Below, in pieces: positions 1-11,030 of a stretch of 64,000 bases of DNA. The notes under the pieces are model-generated. The model searched no databases and was not told where the DNA came from. It saw only the letters and a list, made by a program, of their open reading frames with translations. The DNA comes from the human T2T-CHM13v2.0 reference genome, Homo sapiens, in NCBI RefSeq assembly GCF_009914755.1, contig NC_060930.1; one strand, given 5' to 3'. Each line of letters begins with the position of its first letter. The stretch's first letter is position 1. The position numbers and the translations under genes are program-made.

Positions 1-732
1 CTAGGCCTAGTATCTTTTCCCCTGTCCCCTATTTTGCCTTGCTCTTGCCCCCTACTGATGGACTTCCCTGATGCCAACTGCCTTCCCAAATTTCCAAGTT
101 TTGCTTACTCTTGGATCCTCTTTTATACTGTGTCTTCTCTCATCTCCCTGACTACCATATGTAGGGCCAATGAAATCTGTAGCTACTGATTTCCTGCACA
201 CTCATCTGTTTTCTTGTCCACTTCCTTCCTGTTGGGTCTGGCTCCACGGTCTATCTCCCTGTCTCCAGTTTATCTGCCCTACCACTATGGAGTTACCTGA
301 GGGCGTACATGGTTGCCTCATGGTATCTCCATGGATGTGAACCTATTTAAACAACTAGATATTTTTAAGTAAATATTAATTGCATCAATACTATCAGTCC
401 AAGTTTGTGGACATACTCATAATCCATGAAAAGACTCCTCACATATGGCCAGGCGAGGACTATAACTGTTGGGGGAGCTCTATGTGATTCCAAGTTCCCA
501 GAGGTTCTAGCTTCAACTATCTGGTGTGAAGATTCTCACACACAGTCAGGCTCAGGAACCACAGGCTGTGTGTCATATTTTTTTACACTGAACTGGCTTC
601 TGAACACCAGCTGTGATTCATCTGACTAAAGCAGCTTGGATAGATAGCAGTGCTGTGCTGTAGTTTCTGTTATTTCTTACTTCAGATATTCTCTTACATG
701 TTAGACTTTTGGAAGATTTTTTAAAAGAATCC

Positions 733-740
<8 letters not shown>

Positions 741-766
<26 letters not shown>

Positions 767-1047
767 AGACGGAGTCTGACTCTGTCACCCAGGCTAGAGT
801 ACAGTGGTGCAATCTTGGCTCACTGCAACCTCTGCCTCCCAGGTTCAAGCAATTCTCTGCCCCAGCCTCCTGAGTAGCTGGGATTACAGGTGCATGCCAC
901 CACGCCCGGCTAATATTTTTGTATTTTTAGTAGAGACAAGGGTTTCACCATCTTGGCCAGGCTGGTCTTGAACTCCTGACCTCGTGATCCACCCGCCTTG
1001 GCTTCCCAAAGTGCTGAGATTACAGACATAAGCCACCATGCCCAGCC
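741..1047 (-). mobile_element. Alu SINE (AluS, AluSg-like), full length
   Basis: Poly(T) 736-765 followed by a reverse-complement Alu body ending ...CCCAGCC at 1047. 15-bp TSD AGAATCCAACTTTTT at 726-740 and 1049-1063. Confidence 0.95.
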
Positions 1048-1074
1048 TAGAATCCAACTTTTTAATGTAGAATT

Positions 1075-1286
1075 GTAGAAAACAGCATGGAGATCCCTTT
1101 AAAAAATTAAAAATACAGTTACCATATGATCCATTCCACTTTTGTGTGTTTACCCAAGAGAATTAAAAGCAGGATCTCAAAGAGAGATTTTTACACCCAT
1201 GTTCACAGTGACATTATTTACAATAGCCAAAAATGGAAGCAAGGCAAGTGTCCACTTATGGATAAATGGATAACTAAAACATGATA

Positions 1287-1319
<33 letters not shown>

Positions 1320-2700
1320 TGGAATATTACATATATAATATATATACAAAATATTCTCTCTATATAATCACTATTCAGCCTTTAAAAAGAAGGAAATCCT
1401 GACACATGTTATAATATTAATGAACCTTGAAGTCATTATGCTAAGTGAAATAAGCCAGCACAAAAAGACAAATACTGTATGATTTCACTTATATGTGGTG
1501 CTTATAATAGTCAGATTCATAGAATTTGATATTAGAATTATGGTTCCCAGGGGCTGGGAGGAAAGGGGAATGGGGAGTTATTGTTTAATGGGTATAGAGT
1601 TTCAGTTTTGCAGAATGAAAAAAGTTCTGAAGATGGATAGTAGTGATAATTACAGAACAATATGAATGTACTTAATACCACTGAACTTTACGTGTAAAGT
1701 TGGTTAAGATGGTCAGTTTTGGTCCTGAGAACGTGAGTCCACGCGTCTGGTTGCCCGTGAGTCCAGCCTTAGCCCACGCAGCTTTCAGTCATGGCCTCCG
1801 TAATCGCGCGCATGGCATAGCCCGCCCCTGACTTCAAGGCCACCGCCGTGGTGGATGGATAGCGCTTTCAAAGAAGTGAAGCTGTAGGACTACAAAGAGA
1901 AATACGTGGTCCTCTTTTTCTACCCTCTGCACTTCACTTTTGTGTGCCCCACGGAGATCATCGCGTTCAGCGACCATGCCGAGGACTTCCGCAAGCTGGG
2001 CTGCGAAGTGCTGGGCATCTCAGTGGACTCTCAGTTCACCCACCTGGCTTGGATCAACAACCCCCAGAGGGAGGGAGACTTGGGCCCCCTGAACATCCCC
2101 CTGCTTGCTGAGGTGGCCAGTGGCTTGTCTGAGGATTACGCCGTGCTGAAAACAGATGCGGGCATTGCCTACAGGGGCCGCTTTATCAGTGATGGCAAGG
2201 GTGTCCTTTCCAGATCACTGTTAATGATTTGCCTGTGGGACGCTCCGTGGATGAGGCTCTGCGGCTGGTCCAGGCCTTCCAGTACGCAGAAGAGCACGCG
2301 GAAGTTTGTCCCGCTGGCTGGAAGCCTGGCACTGACACGATTAAGCTCAACGTGGGTGACAGCAAGGAAAATTTATCCAAACACAATTAGGCTGGCTGAC
2401 GGATAGTGAGCTTGTGCCCTTACCTAGGTGCCTGTGCTGGCTGCCCACCAGTGCCGCCACCTGGGTGCCCTGTGCTGACCCAGGAAAGGCCAGACCTGCC
2501 CCTCCAAAGTCCACAGTCTGGGACACTGGAAGGCTAGACCAAGGCCGTCTCATGCCTCCACCTGGGAACTAGTAAATAGTGATGCCCTCCTACAAGCCCA
2601 CCCAGCCGCACACAGGCCTAGAGTTGACCAATAAAGTATAAGCGACAGAAAAAAAAAAAAGGTCGATATTCTGTTATGTATGTTTTAGTATAATTTTAAA
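1075..2700 (+). mobile_element. Old L1M (L1MB-like) 3' fragment, split by the PRDX2 retrocopy (pieces ~1075-1720 and ~2661-2700)
   Basis: L1 ORF2-end/3'UTR motifs (TTACCATATGATCCA, ATGCTAAGTGAAATAAGCCAG, GGGTATAGAGTTTCAGTTTTGCA, GGTTAAGATGGT) resume after the retrocopy tail as TGTTATGTATGTTTTA. Contains a (GT)n(GA)n tract at ~1287-1319. Confidence 0.8.
1721..2660 (+). pseudogene. PRDX2: Processed pseudogene of peroxiredoxin 2 (possibly PRDX2P4; the numbering is from memory and unverified)
   Basis: Intronless copy with 5'UTR (...GCAGCTTTCAGTC) and ATG at 1791. Peptides [71 protein letters not shown] and [10 protein letters not shown]. Native stop TAG 2388-2390, AATAAA 2630-2635, A12 tail 2649-2660. 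Disabled by TAG 1818-1820, a GGAT duplication at ~1853-1860, TAG 1885-1887 and a 1-bp deletion at ~2209. Confidence 0.96.
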
Positions 2701-2759
2701 TATCTTTCTTGGTCTTTGGTTTCTAATTCCAAGATGCCATGATGCAATAGATACAGTGA

Positions 2760-3098
<339 letters not shown>

Positions 3099-3867
3099 CC
3101 AAAATGAACTTTCTAACCTAGAGTAAAACTATTGTTGTCAGACCTTGATCAAATAGTATAACATTCAATTAATATCACTGAACATCAATTATATTCAAGG
3201 CACTATGTTAGATACTGTTGGGAGGGACTGCAGGGTAGAAGACTGTATGGGACAGAATCTCAGGCATAGGAAAATTTTAAATCTACTTGAAAGGATAAAA
3301 TATATACACTAATAACTACACTTTCACATGGTATATAAAAGAGGAATTACACATCATGGGAAAATACAGAAGGAAGAGTTTGGGACCTAAGTGATGGCTT
3401 CATGGAAGAGGTGACGTCTCATCTGAGTCTTAAAGGCTGGGGTGCCCATTGAGAGGCAGAGATTTTGGATGGCCATTCCAAATGGAAGAAGCAGTAAGTG
3501 GAAAAATATGGGCAGTATTCCAAGAACAGGGAACTGTCAGTTTAGGCTAGAGAATAAGAGAGACATAGTAGCCTTTTGGAGATAGGCAGGCAAGGTGGGT
3601 TGTATCTACTTTGACCTCATTTGAGGCAACAAGAAGCCTTAGTTAAAATAACCACAAAAAGCACTTTTAAATACATTTTTAACATGTAATCTGCAGTGGT
3701 TATCTTAGAAGAGATTTGTGCATGCAGGTGGGATATGAGCCAGGAAGCTATTACAAAGCTGTGTGAAACTCAACAACTACTTGGAATACAAAATCGACTA
3801 TAGAAATAAAAGTAAGGGGAGAGGGGAAGATGTTGTAGGAGGCATTAGAGAGGATACGGAGTGGTGG

Positions 3868-4045
3868 AAGGAGCACTAGGTTGGGAGTCGAGGCAGGTTC
3901 TAATCTGATTTTTTTAGCCCCTTCTTTGTACAATCTTGGAAAGTCATTTGCCATTTCAGAGCTTCAGTTTTCTTAACTTTAACATTTGGAAGTTAGACAG
4001 GACAATTTCAGTGGCAACTTTTAGCACTAAAGTTCCAGGATTCCA
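3868..4045 (+). mobile_element. MIR-family SINE fragment
   Basis: Degenerate MIR core: GAGCACTAGGTTGGGAGTC...CTTGGAAAGTCATTT...GCTTCAGTTTTCTT. Confidence 0.6.
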
Positions 4046-5110
4046 TATTGAACTGATGGTTTGGGAGAGTCATCCCAAGAGAAGTAGTGGTGAAAGCCTA
4101 AATCATCCAGGAGGAGAAAGTCAAAGAGAAGATATAAGCTATCATAAAAGACTCTTATCTCTCTTTTCTGGGTATGGCAAACAGGCTATATCTCATCACC
4201 ATTGGGTTGATGAAGGGAATTGACAGATAAAAATATAAGAAGAAGACAAAGAGAACAGTCACGTGCATTAGGGAGTCCCACATGTGCCCCTCTCTAACAC
4301 TCAGGCTACACTTTTTCTCCCACAGGAAGTTAATGAAGCTGAGTCCAACCTGACCAAATTTACTTGTGCCTCCCCAGAGAATCTGTCTGTCTCCTGCAAT
4401 GGTCTGCACAGTTGTGCGACAACCTGGACTGGCCATAGGTTTGGCAGGACGGCAGCACCAGGGAGGGGAGCAGCTGAGCTTGTGAGGGCATGTGTCTGTT
4501 TTTATGGTCCTTTCCTCTTGGCCTGAATGACGGCACCATCATCACTCTGGCAGGCCTGGCAGCAGGTGCAGGACCATTGTTTGTGATTCCCAGCTCTGCA
4601 ACAATAAAAGTAGGGCCAGGGAAATGGCAGCTGCTCAGTTGAGCAAGGCTGTGGTTTGTTTCTAGATGGCTTTGCAGCTGACATCAGACACAGATCATTA
4701 TTGTTTATGAAGATGCATTCTCCTGTCATTTAGCATTCCACTGCTGAACAAAAAGATTAAAGGACCGAATGAACCCAGTATTTGGTTTGGTACTGTTCTT
4801 ACCTTTAGTCTAGAACTTCAAGAAAGCACAGTCCAAAGCTGCCTAATTTGTTCTACGCACGGCTGCTTTTAAGCTCTGCTATTAATGAACTAGACTTAAC
4901 AGCTGCTAAAGAGAATCCAAATGGCCCTCACATTCATTTCATCCCAATGGCAGTAACACCCTACCTTATAATAGTTTTTTCCCACTGTTATTATAGTATT
5001 AATATAGACCCTATTACATTTCTCAATTGAGAATTCGTATTTATTCCAGTTTATGAAAAAAAAAGTCATTCTTACCGGATCTCAATAAAAAGTTAGTTAT
5101 TTCTGCTATT

Positions 5111-5415
5111 TTTTTTTTTTTTTTTTGAGATGGAATCTCCCTCTGTCACCCAGACTGAAGTGCAGTGGCTTGATCTTGGCTCAATGCAACCTTCGCCTCC
5201 TGGGTTCCAGCGATTCTCCTGCCTCAGCCTCCCAGAGTAACTGGGACTACAGGCACGTGCCACCACGCCCTGGTAATTTTTTTTTTTGTATTTTTAGTAG
5301 AGATGAGGTTTCACCATGTTGGTCAGGCTGGTCTTGAACTCTTGACCTCAGGTTACCAGCCCCCCTCAGCCTCCCAAAGTGCTGGGATTACAGGTGTGAG
5401 CCACCGTGTCCCGCC
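5111..5415 (-). mobile_element. Alu SINE (AluS, Sq/Sx-like)
   Basis: Poly(T) plus reverse Alu dimer. TSD TTTCTGCTATT at 5100-5110 and 5416-5426. Confidence 0.95.
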
Positions 5416-7353
5416 TTTCTGCTATTCTTAACATCCCTTTTGGAACATTAGTCTTAGGAAGCTGTGGATTTCACAGTCTGGGTTGAAAAGGATGTACTGT
5501 ACCGTAAATTCCATATGAACAGAAAATCATTTTCTATTTTGTTTATTGATGCCTAGAATTGGATTTGATGCATAGTAGGTGCCCCATAATTATTTGTCAG
5601 GTGAATAAAAATGATGGCTCATGATAGTAGCCAGGCCTTCATTGCAATGATTGCAGGTCAGAAACCTGTTAACATCTGTTAACAACTCTTGGCTAAATAT
5701 TCTAATTAGGACCTCTTGACTCACACAGAAGCAAAGTTCTCTATTAGCAACTATAGCTGTGGTCCAATAAAAGTATGTTTCAAAGGAAACACCCCCAGTA
5801 GATCTTAGGACTATTTGATGATAACAATTATGTAGAAAAACTAAGGGAAGCCCAGAGAGTTCATGATAACATTTCCATCTGGGACAATTTTGCTGGTGGC
5901 CTTGCAGACACAAGATAGAATGGGGCCTGGCATACTTGTGTATACTTTGTGTTCAATGATAACAATATTTATATATATTCATATATAAAATAACACCCAA
6001 TGAGTTCTAATGACCATGTGTCCTAATGTTGGTTAGCCACTTACATTCTAAACAGAGCTATATATGAGATACAAGCTATAGATATGGTGATTCATTTTGT
6101 CAAAAAATAATTTTTATTGTATTGTTTTGATATTTCCTTAATTTAATATTAGTCTATTGATTTGTTTTATTTCCTCCCAGTACCCAGCAGTTCATATCCA
6201 GAAGGAATATTTTTATTCGTGCATCTTTAGCAACTGATTGAAAACAATTTTTCCAACTTCACTTTTGGGTGGATTAATATAGGATGTATATATCAATTTA
6301 AAGAACAGCTTAAACTTTACATTAAGTGGCATTTACACAACACAGAAAATATTGAAGTAGATAAAATGCCTTCAATGCCGTAGTTTTTAGTGGTGTATAG
6401 GGACACCTAAAATCTTTAGTGGAAGTACAGAGATCTCCAGAAAAGAGATAACTGATATGGGATAAATTAGCATACCAGTCTATGCATAGATATTTCAGGC
6501 AGGATAGAGAGGATCATAGTTTTAGTGGCCAAAATATATGTGTTCTTTACTATTGTGGAGAATCAAAGCACAAGGCATTGCAGACTGTAACATTACATAG
6601 ACAGCAAGGCAACCCAAGAAGGAAACTTGTTGAAAGCTAATATAATTGATAATCACTAAAGAATCAAATGTGACTATTGGAAAAGTATATGGCGAACAAA
6701 CAGGGTCCTATCAGTACAACCACTCCAGGATGAGGAGGGATAAATATGGAAATGAATAAAGTCAAAGCACTGGGTAGAGCGTTCATGCATCTGAAAGCTA
6801 GATCTCGGAGAAAATGTGACATGAAAGCGAACAGATGGGGTAATTGAGGACCAAAAAAAAAAAGAAAATGCTGCAGGGCTTTCTGTGATACTAATATCTT
6901 CTGTTTAGCTGAGCAGCACCTGATAAATTAGGGCATAATTTCATCTGTATAAAATGATATAAATCCTTGGAAGGGAGGCATGAGAATTATCTAGTAAATA
7001 TGAAGATTTCCAAAATAAGGAGTACTTATTTTGCAACAGGTAATATTAGGCAAGTTCTAGGTCATCAAATTGCCCTTTTAAAATATTTTCTTATTTTTTC
7101 TCTGTGTGTGAAACTTCTAAGGTTTGACTTAAATGCTACATTTGGTATTTTACCTTTACCTTACTGCTTGAAAAAAATGGGAGGACTCTTAAATTTCGAG
7201 GTAATGTACTTCAGTCTAATTAATTACTAATTATATCAGAAAACATTGGAGATCCAGATACATTAAAGAATTTAATGTAAAAATAAATAAACACATATAT
7301 AAATGAACATATAGCTGAATACTTTTGTGGTTTTGGAATATAAAATTACTTCT

Positions 7354-7812
7354 TATACTGGGTTGAATAATTTGATATTATTTCTAAAAATTTATGTCTA
7401 CCTGTACTTGTGAATGCGACGTCATTTGGTCTCTGCAGATTACATCTGCAGAGATTAAGATGAGGTTATATTGGATAGATATGTGTCCTAAATCCAATAT
7501 GACTGGTGTCCTTATAAGAAGAGGGAAATTTGGACACAGAGTCGCAGATATACAGGGGAGAAGACCGTGTAAAAGTGGAGGCAGAAACTGGAGTGATGCA
7601 TTTACAAGCCAAGGAATGTCAAGGATGGCCGAGAGCACCAAAAGCTAGGAGAGAAGCATGGAAGAGTTTCTCACAGTCCCCAGAAGGAACCAATCCTACC
7701 AAGATCTTGATTTTGGACTTCTAGCTTTAAGAAGCATGAGAGATAAATTTCTGTTATTTTAAGTCACCCAGTTTGTGGTAATATGTTATATCAGCCACAG
7801 AAAAATAATACA
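7354..7812 (+). mobile_element. MaLR solo LTR (MLT1A/B-like)
   Basis: Typical MLT1 motifs (TAAGATGAGGT, GACTGGTGTCCTTATAAGAAGAG, CAAGCCAAGGAA, TTGATTTTGGACTTCTAG, ATAAATTTCTGTTATTTTAAG) and a TAATACA end. Flanks CTTCT/CTTCC resemble a 5-bp TSD. Confidence 0.85.
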
Positions 7813-10078
7813 CTTCCTAAATAATAAAAAGAAAAAAGAAAAAAACCCTGTACATACAGGTTAGTTATTTGATTTAATAACAAACTTAAATGTCTGTATG
7901 TAAAAAAAAAATAACCAAAATTAAATGACAAAGAACTGAGGGAAATATTTAAGACATTTATGCCAGACACAGGGTTAATACCCTTAGTATATGAAGAGTA
8001 CATAAATAATAACCAAACACTCATTGGGAAGTTGTGCTAAAGATATAAACAGGCAATTCATGAAAGAAGAAATAAAAATGTTTAATAAATATATAAAAAT
8101 ACATTCCATATTCTTAATAACTAAAAACAAAATAAAATAAACTGCTTTTACTTACCATATTTGCAAATAATAAGAGCAAAACTGTGTGTGACATTGCCTT
8201 AAGTACTTTATATACTACTAACTTATTTAACACTTGTAACAATCCTGTGAGGAAATAGGGTTATTGCTAGGTATTATTATCTTCGTTGTATGAATGAGGA
8301 ACCCGAGGTGGTATATTAATATCATTAATATAAGGTAATATTACCTTCATGTAATAAATGAGGAAATGAGGCCATAAAATAACAAAGGTGTACTGAAATA
8401 GCCATTCATATACACTACAGATGGGAGGGTAATTGGGCAAAATGTCTCAGGAGTTTTAAACATCTCATATCTTTTGACACAAGATATTCTCTTTTAGGAA
8501 TTTGTCCTATAAAAATAAAACTGGAGGGAAACAAAGTGTTAACAGGTGTTATCTCTGTGTAATTAAGATACAGTTTATGCTCTTCTTATATTCTTTATAA
8601 GAGTTTTCCCAATTTTTATGTTATGTTTCCTAATTTTTAAGATTTCTAGCATGTAGTCTGTGGATAGTACTCCCTAGAGTTTGGCAGTGCACAACCTGAT
8701 GGCCCTAATAATTTTTAAAAAGCAGATGAGAATTTCTGTATATAATTGACACTTTCTTCTGTTACTGAGAAATTAGACCTTGAGGATGGGAAGGTTGGTG
8801 GTGGTGGGCGGGGCACAGAGGGGCGGTAGAAAGCAGTGGGAGTCTTTACAATATAAGCCTTTGTCTTTCCTTTAAAGGAGTCATACCCATTTAAAAATTA
8901 TTTGATATTATTTCTATTTATCCTAAGTAAGTATCTGGTAAACATTTTTTCTCACCAGTTTTTAGGTGGAAAAAATGAGGTCTACATTGTTTGGCTTACT
9001 TAGAATTCAAAAACTCAGCTTGGAGTCCAATTATGACCTGCTGCCAGCAAGAGTGTGTGCATGGATGGCATACATCATCATATCTGTTTCCAACTTATTT
9101 CCCTATATTCTCTTTGATTTTCCCCCAATTTATTTAAATGTATTTTATATTACCAAAATGTATGCATTTTTATAGACCTCCTTAAGTCTTTTCTGTGAAA
9201 TAAGGTAGAGTATAAATAAAAAGTTAGTTTTTTAAGAACTTGAATCCAGTGCTCATTAGTAAAACGGGGGTGTCAGGGAGATAAACCATGTTTTTTTTTT
9301 CTACACACCTACATTTTTAAAACTGGGAATCAAATAAAATATAAACTAGTAAATGAGATATAATGAAAACTAGTATAAGTGACTTCTAGATCAATGTGAA
9401 GTGAACATTTTTAGTAAGAGATCACCAAGTACCACTGAAAGGCGAATTGTGTCATATTTCGAGAGCCACTCTGTTGTAAGCCCTCTTAAAATCTGGGTCC
9501 CTCGGGTTGTTCCTTTCTTTTAACAGTTACACTTTGGAGACAGGTGATGGTGCGTTCAATCTCCATGGCTAAATGTTTGATTTATTATTGGTTTGGGAAT
9601 ATTTCGTGTATGAAGTCAAAAAGGAACAAATGAAACAATGACATTTGGAGAGCAGTAAAAATCTAGGGGTAAGAGTTCAGAAGAAATTAAATATGCCCTA
9701 ATAGCTACTAAAGACAAATAAAAATTAAAAAGCACAAATGCACTTAGAAAAGTTCAAAAAGTAGAGTTTCACATGTCTAAGAGGAAATAAATCATTTTAT
9801 TCACTATGGCCTCCATCAGGTGGCCCAGGGTATTATGTATAATTTTCTGCTTACCAAAAAGAAACATCAATACCTTCACTAAAATCCACAGGGATCCAAA
9901 AGAGGGAAACCAAGATGATAAAAGGATAAAAGAAATGAATCTATGAAGAAAGATTAGAGAAAATTAATGTGTGCAACGAAGAGCAAAAGAAGAGAGGGGA
10001 TTGAGAATTTTTCTCAAATACTTAAGAAAAAGTACTACAAATGAAAAGTTGGAGACTCCGACAGGAATTAGGCAGAGT

Positions 10079-10406
10079 GGCCGGGAGCGGTGGCTCACGC
10101 CTGTAATCCCAGCCCTTTGGGAGGCAGAGGCAGGCGGATCACGAGGTCAGGAGATCAAGACCGTCCTGGCCAACATGGTGAAACCCCGTCTCTACTAAAA
10201 TACAAAAAATTAGTCGGGTGTGGTGGCACATGCCTGTAGTCCCAGCTACTCAGGAGGCTGAGGCAGGGGAATTGCTTGAACCCAGGAGGCGGAGGTTGCA
10301 GTGAGCCTAGATCGCGCCACTATACCCCAACCTCGTGACAGAGCAAGACTCAGTCTCAAAAAATAAAATATAGATAAATAAATAAATAAATATTTTTTTT
10401 AAAAAA
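10079..10406 (+). mobile_element. Alu SINE (AluSc-like) with (TAAA)n tail
   Basis: Starts GGCCGGGAGCGGTGGCTCACGCC. 16-bp TSD AGGAATTAGGCA(G/C)AGT at 10063-10078 and 10407-10422. Confidence 0.95.
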
Positions 10407-10422
10407 AGGAATTAGGCACAGT

Positions 10423-10653
10423 AAGCACCCTGTCTAGGGCCCGATATACTTTTAGGGGCACACAAAAAAGGGCTAAGTTCTTTTAAAAATCAGAAGGAAA
10501 AGTGAATGTTATATAATAATGAATATATAAAAATGAATCAAGCCTGAATTATCTTTATACCAACAGATTTGCAAAACATAATTTTTAAGATTTTTTGGAG
10601 GCAGAGGCCTACAAGAGTAAATGTGCCTAGTGCCTATGGAAAAGGTGGCCCTA
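10423..10653. mobile_element. hAT-Tip100-type non-autonomous DNA transposon (ORSL-like), left end interrupted by the Alu
   Basis: CTAGGGCCCGATATACTTTTAGGGGC...GTGCCTAGTGCCTATG...GGCCCT matches my recollection of the ORSL consensus. The Alu TSD (ATTAGGCACAGT) is part of this element. Confidence 0.6.
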
Positions 10654-10849
10654 GAACTAACCCTGCAAAGTTTTGAGAAATATTAGGTCAAAGTAATCTC
10701 CACAGAAGTTTGCTCAGTGCCAAGCACAGATGATTTCGGGAACTGACAGGGAGACACACTGGGTTGAGACTAGAAGGAAGAAGAGGCTCACCAAAAAAAC
10801 CAGTAAGACCCTGACCACTCTGCATCTGTGAAAATCCAATGGCACTGTC

Positions 10850-11030
10850 TTGATGTCTTTCCATGTGTAAAGCTCTCACATAATTAATGCTCACAGTAAT
10901 GCCCTGAGGCAGGATTTCTTATTTCCTTTTTACAGATGAGAAAGTTGGAACTTAGAAAGATTGGGTAACTCACCAATGTTACAGGTTAGAAATGGAGGCA
11001 TAGTCAGACCTGGATCTGTTACTATGAGCT
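10850..11030 (-). mobile_element. MIR fragment
   Basis: TTTTACAGATGAGAAAGTTGG...AGATTGGGTAACTCACC, the reverse MIR core. Confidence 0.6.

Noticed and set aside
1906-2406. 166-aa ORF as a functional peroxiredoxin gene
   Set aside because: It starts at an internal GTG, has two stops and a frameshift upstream, and the C-terminal third is out of frame. It is part of the processed pseudogene.
8788-8827. G-rich tract with a GC box as a promoter or G-quadruplex
   Set aside because: One loop is 15 nt, there is no CpG island, and no other promoter feature is nearby.
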